Shown piece after piece: positions 7,064 to 16,168 of a stretch of DNA of 64,000 nucleotides. The number at the start of each line of letters is the position of its first letter. Position 1 is the stretch's first letter. Made by a program: the position numbers and the translations under genes. The notes below the pieces were generated by a model. It ran no database searches, was not told where the DNA came from, and saw nothing but the letters and a program-made list of their open reading frames with translations. Source of the stretch: a virus; the IMG/VR virus record IMGVR_UViG_3300025834_000005. One strand, 5' to 3'.

Positions 7064-8779
7064 CTAAAGTGACTTTGTATATGCCACCCAAGAAAGCACA
7101 TCATAAGCAAGTGAATAAAGCCCCAATAAATCGGGATGATCCGCATCTGCTGCATTTACCCGAACATTATTTCCCGTCATTAGATCAATCGTTGGATATG
7201 ATGTACTGCCGCCGACTGGCAAAGTAAAAAACGATGAAAGTAAAGAAACTCTATCGGTTACTTCAACGTTGTAAACTGCAAGCAAAGCCGCAATAAGAGC
7301 ATGATAATACGCTATTCTTGCATTGCCGGCCTGTAATTTATAGCCAACCAAATTGTCATAATCAAATAGTGTTCCTAACGCTCTCTGTGGCAAAATAGCA
7401 ATGTAAGAGGTTGGTAAATCAGCCTTAGCCTTAGCGACTAATTGCTGAATATCTGCCAGTACTTTAGTGACATTATCGGCAACACTCGTTTGTCCGAAAG
7501 CATTCAAATCATTTCCGCTTACCTCAATTACAAAGTTTGTCGGAGTATTCACATCATAGGCTGCAACGTCAGTAACTTTTGTCCCCACTGTCGGACTTTG
7601 CAGCGTTAATCTTACGCCTGAATCATCAAGCGTACGATAACGTGATATATACTTTGTAATTGAAAAGGCGTAAGTACCCGTTGACCTTGCTACGGCAACA
7701 TCAAAGAAAGGGTTTAATGGATTGACTTCGATTAAATCCTTCATTGCGGCCATGACAGCTACATTCTCACCTATCGAATATGAAGAACCTAAAACATAGC
7801 CCATGTTATTGTATTTCAAGGCATTCCAAAGTTCTTGCGTTAAGTCTGGAAGATAATAGCCATGAGGTGTTGACCGGATTAATTCAAGTTGTGAAACCGA
7901 TCCGGTATAGGTTGTATAAGCAGTTCCTGTGTATGAATCATAGCCATTTGCTTCACTCGTAGTATTCCACACTATTTTTTTACCTAATCCCAAAGAATCC
8001 CATGCCTGTGCACCTTTAGTAAACCATCCTGTCACATAAGATGTTGATGTAGGACGTATATTAGTGCAATGTCTTAAATATGATGCAGCCGTATAACCGC
8101 CACGTCCTTCACAACCGGCATTAAATGTTTTCGTTTGCCCCCTCCATGTTGCTTTTCTGGTAGCAGGTAGAACAGTACCGAGTATATTGTAACCTATCTT
8201 AGGGTCATTGACGCTGTAAGCGGTCATATCCAAATTGATCATCTCGATCATCTTTCCAATCAGAGCAGGGTAATGATAACCCTTTCCCCATGCCGTAGGG
8301 TCAATATTGAACCAATAACCAAAGTCCTGATAGCTCTGACCACTCCAACTATCCCCCATTGCAAGCACCGATAGATATTTATTACGCATATTGGCGGTTG
8401 TGGACTTTACAAGTTTGAAAGTTACATTTTTAGCGATATAACCAGGTGCTGATAATTCAACTGTAATGTTTTCAGATACAACTTTTTGAACATCAGTAAC
8501 CCTTGTATTCGATTCAAGCAAAAAAGTGTCATTTTTATTAATCATCAATTTAATGAGTGAATAAATAAATGATTCCCTGTATAACCTTTGAACAAAGCCA
8601 GAATTATTAAAGTCTGTCCAATTACTAAATTTGTTATCTAAAGCAAAAATTATAGTAGGGTTAAGCGTCATAGGTATTTCAGAATCCCCATCAATGACTG
8701 TTTCATAATGATTTAAATCACTATTCAATGAATTTACAAACTGATCACCTGTCATTCCTATTGTTACATTATTTCTCAT
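7064..8779 (-). CDS. tail fibre/tailspike-like protein with SGNH/GDSL esterase domain
   Basis: Block I VLAMGDSWSG, block III EVSGNDLNAF, block V ADADHPD (DxxH); sits in an operon with other fibre-like ORFs. Confidence 0.55.
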   Translation of the reverse strand: MRNNVTIGMTGDQFVNSLNSDLNHYETVIDGDSEIPMTLNPTIIFALDNKFSNWTDFNNSGFVQRLYRESFIYSLIKLMINKNDTFLLESNTRVTDVQKVVSENITVELSAPGYIAKNVTFKLVKSTTANMRNKYLSVLAMGDSWSGQSYQDFGYWFNIDPTAWGKGYHYPALIGKMIEMINLDMTAYSVNDPKIGYNILGTVLPATRKATWRGQTKTFNAGCEGRGGYTAASYLRHCTNIRPTSTSYVTGWFTKGAQAWDSLGLGKKIVWNTTSEANGYDSYTGTAYTTYTGSVSQLELIRSTPHGYYLPDLTQELWNALKYNNMGYVLGSSYSIGENVAVMAAMKDLIEVNPLNPFFDVAVARSTGTYAFSITKYISRYRTLDDSGVRLTLQSPTVGTKVTDVAAYDVNTPTNFVIEVSGNDLNAFGQTSVADNVTKVLADIQQLVAKAKADLPTSYIAILPQRALGTLFDYDNLVGYKLQAGNARIAYYHALIAALLAVYNVEVTDRVSLLSSFFTLPVGGSTSYPTIDLMTGNNVRVNAADADHPDLLGLYSLAYDVLSWVAYTKSL

Positions 8780-9918
8780 AGTCCATTGATTGATTTAAGA
8801 TAGTTATAAATTAATTGGTGATTTCCATCAGTATCCTTTATTTTTCTTATAATGATTCCTTTAACTTTTATATTACTAAACCTATCATCACCCAGGTAGC
8901 GTGAACCTAACCTGAATCCCGTCATATTAGAACCACCATATATTGCCGTTTCTTTAATATTATTATTGATAATAGAAAATCCATCCCATCCATTCAGGCA
9001 CAATCTCAAAATGCTCCATGTATTTAATCCAAATTGCGTACTAACTAAATGCTGAGCGTTTGTGTAAAAACAAGTTTGAGGCGCTGTATCTCTTAGTTCA
9101 AATGTTCCTTGTCCATGTGGATTTTGATATACATCAAATATTACATCTAATGATGACCATGTGATTACTTTTCCGACAAAATATATCATTTCTGCTGGTT
9201 GTGTTATTCCTAATACCCCAAACAGAGAATCATTTAATCCGTCAAATAAAACCCCATCTGAGTCTAATACTGGCTTTAACGAATCTGCGCCTGTCTGTAA
9301 TAAGTGATTATTATTACCTGATTTATCTGGCCACGATGAAATTGATGTGCCGCTTAAATCTTTATAGCTATACCATCCAACCGTATTGCCATCTGATAAA
9401 ATTGCAGGAGCGTCAATAGGAAATATGCTTTGGCCAATTCTATTTCCTTTTACATGACCATTTGCATTCAAAGAGTTATTCCAAAAAATAGATAGTTGAA
9501 ACCATTTAAAAAGGTCATTTAACTGAGGTTGTGTAAATGTTTCTCCCGACTTGATGATAGCAATCATTCTTATCTGATACGGAGTTGTATCGTCATACTT
9601 AACGGGCGTTCGTTGCAAGTCATATCCAATTAATTCGGCTGTTGTAACTGTCCGATTTGTGGCACTCGTATTAAACCAAATAAAATCAGTATCAGCGGCA
9701 ATGTAGGGTGCAGTATTGGGACATTGAAAAGTTTCTAATCCTGCACTTCCCGAAACGGTGAGCCAATCTGATCCCACCTTATTTGGCATCTTTCCCCCCG
9801 AAATAGCAGAGTAGTCCCCTAAGAACAGAAACTTATCTTTCAGCCATTGCGGAAGTTTCAACAATGCCCCTTGTTGAAATATCTGTCTTATACCTATTCC
9901 TGTTTTTATTCTTGGCAT
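8776..9918 (-). CDS. virion/tail-fibre-associated protein, possible LamG/concanavalin-like domain
   Basis: VLFDGLNDSLFG resembles the LamG FDGxxD pattern; 4-nt overlap with the downstream gene. Confidence 0.4.
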   Translation of the reverse strand: MPRIKTGIGIRQIFQQGALLKLPQWLKDKFLFLGDYSAISGGKMPNKVGSDWLTVSGSAGLETFQCPNTAPYIAADTDFIWFNTSATNRTVTTAELIGYDLQRTPVKYDDTTPYQIRMIAIIKSGETFTQPQLNDLFKWFQLSIFWNNSLNANGHVKGNRIGQSIFPIDAPAILSDGNTVGWYSYKDLSGTSISSWPDKSGNNNHLLQTGADSLKPVLDSDGVLFDGLNDSLFGVLGITQPAEMIYFVGKVITWSSLDVIFDVYQNPHGQGTFELRDTAPQTCFYTNAQHLVSTQFGLNTWSILRLCLNGWDGFSIINNNIKETAIYGGSNMTGFRLGSRYLGDDRFSNIKVKGIIIRKIKDTDGNHQLIYNYLKSINGL

Positions 9919-9988
9919 GTCACGAGTTTTTTTTTACCGTCCGAGTTTTCATGAAAATAAACAAACGGTGAATTATGTAATATTTTCA

Positions 9989-10429
9989 TTATATTGGTTT
10001 TAACCAAGCTGTAATCGAGTCAGCTGCGCCTGTAAGCCGAATACTTGTAATTTTATTTGCGAATGGTTGCCATTCGGTATTTGTTAAAACAAGAGGAACG
10101 GTCTTAAGAACCTCTTCTCCGCCAACTGCGCCAGCGACAATAGGCGTTAAAGCGACATTCTTTTTCAATGCTGCAATGATCACGCCGTCTGTTCGACAAG
10201 TAAATGAGCCAAAACAAAATCCATTAGGCGCAAATGCTTCGGCTATTCCGACAATAATTTTATTTCCGTAATAGCCCTGACTCATTTTTGCATATATATC
10301 GGAAGCATTATTCAAGTCCAAAAGAATTGCGACGCCACTATTAATCAGGATTAAACCTGTTGTATCATCCACATCTACAGATTTTCCAGAAGCTACATCG
10401 TTCCAAGATTGAGTTAATTGTATCAGCAT
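9989..10429 (-). CDS. hypothetical protein (structural context)
   Basis: ORF track; preceded by a GTATTTAT motif copy. Confidence 0.5.
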   Translation of the reverse strand: MLIQLTQSWNDVASGKSVDVDDTTGLILINSGVAILLDLNNASDIYAKMSQGYYGNKIIVGIAEAFAPNGFCFGSFTCRTDGVIIAALKKNVALTPIVAGAVGGEEVLKTVPLVLTNTEWQPFANKITSIRLTGAADSITAWLKPI

Positions 10430-10457
10430 ATCATTTTAAATTAATTACGTATTAAAA

Positions 10458-10465
10458 ATAAATAC
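10458..10465 (-). promoter_or_regulatory. GTATTTAT motif copy (candidate late promoter/initiation element)
   Basis: Minus strand AATATAGTATTTATTTTTAA, 28 nt upstream of ATG 10429. Confidence 0.4.
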
Positions 10466-10574
10466 TATATTAATCAGAAAAAAATATTATTTTACACATT
10501 AAATAGAAAATAATATTAACTCTAAAATGTTGATAGTTTACGGATTTGTTTTTTATCAAATTAGTCGCACACTT

Positions 10575-10604
10575 TTGTAACAAAATAGAAAGTAGTTCGT
10601 ATAA
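10575..10604 (+). promoter_or_regulatory. ECF-type promoter copy TTGTAAC-N16-CGTATAA
   Basis: -35 at 10575-10581, -10 at 10598-10604; upstream of 10627. Confidence 0.6.
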
Positions 10605-10626
10605 GTAAGAAAAATAATACGAGCGA

Positions 10627-11514
10627 ATGACAGATATTGAAATTATTAATAAGCTTCTTGCATCGAAAAAATCGTCAGATATTTTCACAGGTAGTGAATG
10701 GAAGAAAGCATACATCACGTATTCAAAAATGATTCATCCAGATTTTTGTAAGCATCCTAAGTCGGGTGAGGCAATGTCTATAATGAATATATATAAGGAT
10801 ATTATTGAGAATGGCGTTGAGTATGAAGATGAGGCTGGTAAGTTTCGTGTGTTTGATGATAAGATTGTTTACCCGATAAATGCGGCGAATAAATCTCTAA
10901 TCACCGCATCGTTCAGCAATTATCGCATCCTTAAACAAAAAACTGATGCAGCTTCAATTAATTTTCAGAAATACATGCCATTAAGCATGGACATAACAGC
11001 AGATAAATTAACGATAAATCTATTGAATCGTGCTGTTCCGCTTACCAATCAAAAATTACCACAGGAACATGTTAACTGGATATTCAGCCGTTTGTTCGAA
11101 CTTTCAATGTATATTCAAGATCAGGGTTACGCTCATTTAGGCTTTAATCCCACTTCGATCTTTGTAGTCCCTGTAAATCATGGTATAATTTGCACAACAT
11201 TTTATCACATGGCTAAACTGAATAATAAGGCAAAAACAGTTTCGGCAAAGTATAAGATGTGGTATCCAGCGTCATTATTCACGAACAAAATCGCAACTGG
11301 CGATATTGATCTCGAATTAGCTAAAAAGATTGCTTTATATTTGCTCGGCGATAAATCAGCTGCTGGCATGAAATTGAAAACGGACAAATCTGTTAATAAA
11401 GATATCCTGAATTTCTTCATCATTAAACATGATTGCTCCGTTGATCTTTATCAGAAATATAGAGACTTATTAAAGAAGCATTTTCCACCCAAATTTTTTG
11501 ACTTAGATTTATAA
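10627..11514 (+). CDS. J-domain (DnaJ-like) protein
   Basis: KKAYITYSKMIHPDFCKHPKSGEAMSIMNIYKDI: helix II, HPD tripeptide, helix III layout. Confidence 0.55.
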   Translation: MTDIEIINKLLASKKSSDIFTGSEWKKAYITYSKMIHPDFCKHPKSGEAMSIMNIYKDIIENGVEYEDEAGKFRVFDDKIVYPINAANKSLITASFSNYRILKQKTDAASINFQKYMPLSMDITADKLTINLLNRAVPLTNQKLPQEHVNWIFSRLFELSMYIQDQGYAHLGFNPTSIFVVPVNHGIICTTFYHMAKLNNKAKTVSAKYKMWYPASLFTNKIATGDIDLELAKKIALYLLGDKSAAGMKLKTDKSVNKDILNFFIIKHDCSVDLYQKYRDLLKKHFPPKFFDLDL

Positions 11515-11517
11515 GCT

Positions 11518-11784
11518 ATGATTGCAAGAATAAACGATAAAGTAAAAATAGTGAGCATTGGTGATTTATGTGAGGATGGCAGTTGCACACTAATTATTAA
11601 CAGAGGTAAGATCATCGTTAATAATATTACGGAAATATTTAACTCAGGTAGATTATATATGCTGATTGTTTGTAACTTCGAACTTGAATTAACAGAGTCA
11701 GAAGCGGATATGATTAATAAAACAGATGCTCACGATTCATTGGACGATATTTATCCTGATATTTATAAAAAGAATGAAAAATAA
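11518..11784 (+). CDS. hypothetical protein
   Basis: ORF track. Confidence 0.5.
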   Translation: MIARINDKVKIVSIGDLCEDGSCTLIINRGKIIVNNITEIFNSGRLYMLIVCNFELELTESEADMINKTDAHDSLDDIYPDIYKKNEK

Positions 11785-11794
11785 TCACTGAAAG

Positions 11795-11824
11795 TTGTAA
11801 CCTTTTACATTCTTTTACGTATAA
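11795..11824 (+). promoter_or_regulatory. ECF-type promoter copy TTGTAAC-N16-CGTATAA
   Basis: -35 at 11795-11801, -10 at 11818-11824. Confidence 0.6.
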
Positions 11825-11867
11825 CATAGAAACAACATTTTAATATTTACATTTAATAATTTTTATC

Positions 11868-12005
11868 ATGGGAAATCCAAATCATTCAACATTTAAGTCT
11901 TTCGAAGAGGAAGCCGATGCAGCAGAAGCTGTTCTCGTAGAAAAAACATTAGACGAAGCAGTAGCTGGCGAAGTTTCAGACGTAACTCCTGAACCAGTAG
12001 CATAA
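11868..12005 (+). CDS. small acidic protein (45 aa), hypothetical
   Basis: ATG 11868 to TAA 12003-12005; TAATG overlap with the vWA gene; below the ORF-track size cutoff. Confidence 0.4.
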   Translation: MGNPNHSTFKSFEEEADAAEAVLVEKTLDEAVAGEVSDVTPEPVA

Positions 12006-12928
12006 TGGGAGGCGGAAGTTGGTCAGATGATGCTTTCAGAAGCATTAGTTCATCGAAAAAGTATAAGTCAGCAACTGAGATTTTTTCAAGCAAAGAATCA
12101 GTTGATATGACTCCGAAGGTTCTCATTGACAAAAACAGAGAATCAAGGGATAGTGACGAGCATCCCGAATCTTTAGCGGTAATGGTCTTTCTTGACGTTA
12201 CTGGTAGCATGGGAATGGTTCCCGAAAATATCGTGAAAAACAATCTTGGTGGATTAATGAACACCATTATCGACAACGGTATTAAAGACCCACAAGTTCT
12301 ATTCGGAGCAATTGGCGATCATATCAGCGACAATTCACCGCTTCAATTAGGTCAATTTGAGTCCGATACAGTTTTAATTGATAGCTGGCTCACAAAAATG
12401 TACCTTGAAGGTAGAGGCGGAGGTGGTAATCATGAGAGTTACCTATTAGCTTGGCTTGCTGCTGGAAGGCACACATCAATCGATTGCTTTGAGAAAAGAA
12501 GCGTAAAAGGTTTCTTATTCACAATCGGTGACGAACGTAGTCACACTTCGATTGACACCGCTGGTTTGAAAAAGGTCATGGGTTATCCACAAGCTGACGA
12601 TGTTACAGACGAGCAGTTGCTTGCAGAAGCACAGCGTATGTATAACGTTTACCATATTCATGTGAATGAAACCAGTTACAAAGACGATACTCTCGTATTC
12701 AATTACTGGAAAAAGATGATCGGACAGAATTTTATCGTTCTTGAAGACTATACCACGATTTGCGAAACTATTGCAACCATCATTGCTATGCAGAATGGTA
12801 TTGACATGGAAAAAGTAACAAGTAAATTCGATGCAGCGACTTCAAAAAGTGTAACGAATGCTTTGATGGTATTGTCTAAATCAGGCGATTCTATTTCAAA
12901 GACCGATACAGGCGTTATTGAACTTTAA
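12005..12928 (+). CDS. von Willebrand factor A (vWA) domain protein
   Basis: MIDAS-like VFLDVTGSMG and later FTIGDERS. Confidence 0.6.
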   Translation: MGGGSWSDDAFRSISSSKKYKSATEIFSSKESVDMTPKVLIDKNRESRDSDEHPESLAVMVFLDVTGSMGMVPENIVKNNLGGLMNTIIDNGIKDPQVLFGAIGDHISDNSPLQLGQFESDTVLIDSWLTKMYLEGRGGGGNHESYLLAWLAAGRHTSIDCFEKRSVKGFLFTIGDERSHTSIDTAGLKKVMGYPQADDVTDEQLLAEAQRMYNVYHIHVNETSYKDDTLVFNYWKKMIGQNFIVLEDYTTICETIATIIAMQNGIDMEKVTSKFDAATSKSVTNALMVLSKSGDSISKTDTGVIEL

Positions 12929-12944
12929 TTAAAAGGTAATAAAT

Positions 12945-12980
12945 AAAAAGGCGATAATATTCATTTATTATCGCCTTTTT
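12945..12980 (+). terminator. rho-independent terminator
   Basis: AAAAAGGCGATAAT / ATTATCGCCTTTTT, 14-bp stem plus T run. Confidence 0.75.
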
Positions 12981-13009
12981 TGTAACCTTTTATATTTCTT
13001 TACGTATAA
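12980..13009 (+). promoter_or_regulatory. ECF-type promoter copy TTGTAAC-N16-CGTATAA
   Basis: -35 at 12980-12986, -10 at 13003-13009. Confidence 0.6.
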
Positions 13010-13026
13010 ATAAGAAAACATTTCAC

Positions 13027-13524
13027 ATGGATAATATCTTTTGGGTTGACACCGATGGCTGCACTGATTTTCACATTAGCTACAACATTAATTATGGTAA
13101 CGAAATTCGTCTCGATGACGATGACGATAATAATATTGAGGCATACGTTGATGAAATGCTTTGCTTCGATTCACTCATTCAATTTGATAAAGAACAGAAT
13201 GAGATAAATCAAATTGAACTCAACTATGTTAAAGATCATATAAACTATTCCATAGATAATATGAATCTTGATGAATTGTATTGGCAACATGTAGGCTATG
13301 TTGAGGTTGTGGAAACCAGCAATGTTAATACTGGATATCCGAGTTATAAATTCTATCTCGAAAAAGACAACCCCAAATCATTAAGGTATATGCGTCAGGA
13401 TGATGACGGCGAATATCACAACATGGTATGGCAAACAGTGGGTTGCTGTGAGGATGATTATTCAGGATTTCTACTATTTCCATTAAATGATGGAAGATAC
13501 TGGAAAATATCCTATTCTTGTTAA
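13027..13524 (+). CDS. hypothetical acidic protein
   Basis: ORF track. Confidence 0.5.
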   Translation: MDNIFWVDTDGCTDFHISYNINYGNEIRLDDDDDNNIEAYVDEMLCFDSLIQFDKEQNEINQIELNYVKDHINYSIDNMNLDELYWQHVGYVEVVETSNVNTGYPSYKFYLEKDNPKSLRYMRQDDDGEYHNMVWQTVGCCEDDYSGFLLFPLNDGRYWKISYSC

Positions 13525-13545
13525 TTAACTGTAAAATAATATAAT

Positions 13546-14709
13546 ATGAGAACAAGTGTCGTACTCGGATTAGGATTCGGGGATGAAGGTAAGGGAAGTA
13601 TGGTAAACTTTCTATGTAAGGTACATAAAAATGAACGTCCATTGGTGGTTAGATTTAGTTCTGGACACCAAGTAGGTCATACCGTTGTCGAGGGTGATCT
13701 TAGACATGTTTTTTCAAATTTTGGGTCAGGGACTCTTAGTGATGTGCCAACATACTGGTCAGAGTATTGCACGATGAATCCATCAGCCATACGGTCAGAG
13801 GGCGAAGCATTAAAGAAGATGGGTGTATTTCCGACACTATATATTAACGATAATGCGATGGTTACAACACCATACGACATATTAAAGAATCGTATGTCAG
13901 AGACTAAGAATCGTCATGGCAGTGTTGGTGTTGGGTTTGGCTCGACTATTCAGCGTAATGAGGATCATTTCAAGCTATATGCCAGAGATTTGAAATTTCC
14001 TAAAATTCTTGATATTAAATTGAAACATATTGCCGAGATATATCATAAAAGCACTTTTGTCGAATATCCTGATGGTTATGTTGAGAAACTGATAAATAAT
14101 TTTAAGCTTGATTGCAAATATGTTGTAAATGAGCATATGTTTGTTTCTCGCATTAATGATGTTATATATGATAAGCAATTTGGACATTTAATATTCGAAG
14201 GAAACCAAGGTATCATGCTTGATCAGGATTATGGTTTCTTTCCAAATGTAACCAGATGCAATACAACGTCGAAAAATGCTTTTGAGATCATGAAAAAATA
14301 TGGTGTTCATACTGGCGAAACAAACGTTTACTATATGACACGTGCATATCAAACTCGTCATGGTAATGGTGAAATGATTAATGAGGGAATGGATGTGCAA
14401 TACATTGCTGAGAATCCTCTTGAAACCAACGTACAAGGCGAATTTCAAGGTAGTTTTAGGAAAGCACCTCTGGATTTACAGACAATTAAATATGCTTTAT
14501 CATGCGATAAAGTATATAATGACTATAGCATATCGAATCTTGTTATAACATGCATGGATCAAGTTCCTGAACGCATACCTATTATGAACGGCGATAAATT
14601 AGCTCACATGTATCCGTCACTAATAGGTTCTATTCTGAATATAAGACCCTTAAATATATTCATAAGTAAATCGGATAAAGGTGATTTTGAAAATGCAATG
14701 GATTTATGA
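13546..14709 (+). CDS. adenylosuccinate synthetase family protein (PurA/PurZ-like)
   Basis: GFGDEGKGSMV (GDEGKG P-loop), SGHQVGHT, FEGNQG, TRCNTT, QTRHGNG align by eye to the PurA motifs GDEGKGK, GHNAGHT, EGAQG, TSSNT, STRVGxGP. The TKLD position reads TCMD. Confidence 0.8.
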   Translation: MRTSVVLGLGFGDEGKGSMVNFLCKVHKNERPLVVRFSSGHQVGHTVVEGDLRHVFSNFGSGTLSDVPTYWSEYCTMNPSAIRSEGEALKKMGVFPTLYINDNAMVTTPYDILKNRMSETKNRHGSVGVGFGSTIQRNEDHFKLYARDLKFPKILDIKLKHIAEIYHKSTFVEYPDGYVEKLINNFKLDCKYVVNEHMFVSRINDVIYDKQFGHLIFEGNQGIMLDQDYGFFPNVTRCNTTSKNAFEIMKKYGVHTGETNVYYMTRAYQTRHGNGEMINEGMDVQYIAENPLETNVQGEFQGSFRKAPLDLQTIKYALSCDKVYNDYSISNLVITCMDQVPERIPIMNGDKLAHMYPSLIGSILNIRPLNIFISKSDKGDFENAMDL

Positions 14710-15056
14710 TAGACGTAGCATATAAAATAGTTGAGAAGCAATCAGACGGCTCGTATAAATTTTTATTTCACGATAGGAAAAAATCTTTCCGTTCTGGCGA
14801 CATGCTGGTAGCCAATAAAAAATCAGGCTATGAGGATTACAACAAAGATGGCTCAAAAAAGTTATACCTGACAGGTATTCATGCGATTGAAACTCTTGAA
14901 TTGTGCCGAAAGTATCTAAAATATTTTAAAAGAAAGGATAATAAAGCCATAATTTTTTGCGATGTTTTTCATACACGTAAAAAGCCAAATTCACGTAAGG
15001 GTGTCATGCTTGCTGATACAATTATCGTTAGGTCGGAAGTATCCATCGATTTGTAA
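14706..15056 (+). CDS. hypothetical protein
   Basis: ATGA overlap with the purA-like gene. Confidence 0.5.
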   Translation: MIDVAYKIVEKQSDGSYKFLFHDRKKSFRSGDMLVANKKSGYEDYNKDGSKKLYLTGIHAIETLELCRKYLKYFKRKDNKAIIFCDVFHTRKKPNSRKGVMLADTIIVRSEVSIDL

Positions 15057-15198
15057 TCACTGTAAATACTATTTTTTTTGACATTCATCAGAGTTATTTA
15101 TACATATATGTTAATATCTTTAATGTTTGTCAAAAAATAACATAGCTTAGGGAAGTTTTCAGGTATTTTCCGTATTTATAGTAAACGGAATTATTATC

Positions 15199-15471
15199 AT
15201 GGTAGACAGACTTAACAGAAATGTGCAAGTACCGATTTGGGCAATTGGTATAATTATGACAATTTTAATTGCACTGTTTTCATTTACATATAGTTTTAGT
15301 AAAGAATTCAGCAAGGTTGCAACACAAATTGAATTAAACACGGTGGATATTAGATATCTACAGCAAACAAAAACAGATAAAGAAACGATCTTTACCATTG
15401 TCAATACATTGGAACGTATTGAGACCAAGTTAGATAATCACATTGCCAGAGGCTCAGGTAACGGAAATTAA
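15199..15471 (+). CDS. small membrane protein, hypothetical
   Basis: One hydrophobic segment, PIWAIGIIMTILIALFSF. Confidence 0.5.
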   Translation: MVDRLNRNVQVPIWAIGIIMTILIALFSFTYSFSKEFSKVATQIELNTVDIRYLQQTKTDKETIFTIVNTLERIETKLDNHIARGSGNGN

Positions 15472-15502
15472 TTAGAACACCCTTTCTCCCTTTCATAGTA
15501 TG

Positions 15503-15533
15503 GCTGGATATCTAAAAAATATCCAGCTTTTTT
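15503..15533 (+). terminator. rho-independent terminator
   Basis: GCTGGATAT / ATATCCAGC stem, 7-nt loop, T7 run. Confidence 0.75.
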
Positions 15534-15562
15534 TGTAACAAAAAATAATGTGTTACGTATAA
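15533..15562 (+). promoter_or_regulatory. ECF-type promoter copy TTGTAAC-N16-CGTATAA
   Basis: -35 at 15533-15539, -10 at 15556-15562. Confidence 0.6.
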
Positions 15563-15581
15563 TAGATAAAAAATAAACACT

Positions 15582-15947
15582 ATGGGATATTTAACCACAA
15601 TTACAATTTATAATGACGGCTGCGATCAGATCACAAAATTTCCAAAAGAATTTGCAGAAAAAGTACATAATGCATGCTCTGGCGTGTATTCCAGACAAGA
15701 CTGGAATGAGGGTTCATTTGGCTTAGGGTATCATGCAAATCTTGTTACGGTTCAAGCACCGAGACATATGGATGATAGCACTATATATGTTCATATGGGT
15801 AATACTGTGTGCGAAATGAATGCATACTCTGAAAGAACACGAAATCAAATGTATTCATCACCTAAATTCTTCGATGAAATGCTTAAAGAAATGGAGAGAC
15901 AAGTAAAAATGCTAAAAAAACTAAAAATAGAACGTGATGCCGATTAA
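15582..15947 (+). CDS. hypothetical protein
   Basis: ORF track. Confidence 0.5.
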   Translation: MGYLTTITIYNDGCDQITKFPKEFAEKVHNACSGVYSRQDWNEGSFGLGYHANLVTVQAPRHMDDSTIYVHMGNTVCEMNAYSERTRNQMYSSPKFFDEMLKEMERQVKMLKKLKIERDAD

Positions 15948-16167
15948 AATCTATGATGATAAGAAAGAAAAGTGGCAATCATTCGAAGCTACTATCGATA
16001 TTGTTAGAGAAGATATACCCACAGCTGGGTACGGTTCTGATATTAATGAGGCAATCCAAAGTCTTAAAGCCGAAGTGCTTATAGAAATACTCAGACTAAA
16101 GAGGCAAATAGAGGCACTCGAATCTATTGATTATAATGATTTTAGAATCGTAAATACACGAAATTAA
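15934..16167 (+). CDS. hypothetical protein
   Basis: ORF track. Confidence 0.45.
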   Translation: MMPIKIYDDKKEKWQSFEATIDIVREDIPTAGYGSDINEAIQSLKAEVLIEILRLKRQIEALESIDYNDFRIVNTRN

Positions 16168-16168
16168 A

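Noticed and set aside
11893-12276. 127-aa minus-strand ORF
   Set aside because: It is antisense to the vWA gene and the coupled acidic ORF, and its sequence is a Leu/Arg-rich mirror of the sense frame. The same reasoning applies to 527-712, 4862-5110, 7780-7962, 9201-9419, 10470-10718, 11205-11423, 13325-13642, 13677-13880, 13975-14448, 15159-15428, 18856-19044, 19353-19643, 21277-21834, 22370-22582, 22956-23332, 23712-23939, 27873-28091, 30998-31195, 31388-31657, 33464-33733 and 35256-35498.
15078-15106. E. coli-type sigma-70 promoter TTGACA-N17-TACATA upstream of 15199
   Set aside because: It is a single occurrence and does not match the promoter grammar seen elsewhere in the window or expected for a Bacteroidota host. 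It may be chance in AT-rich DNA.
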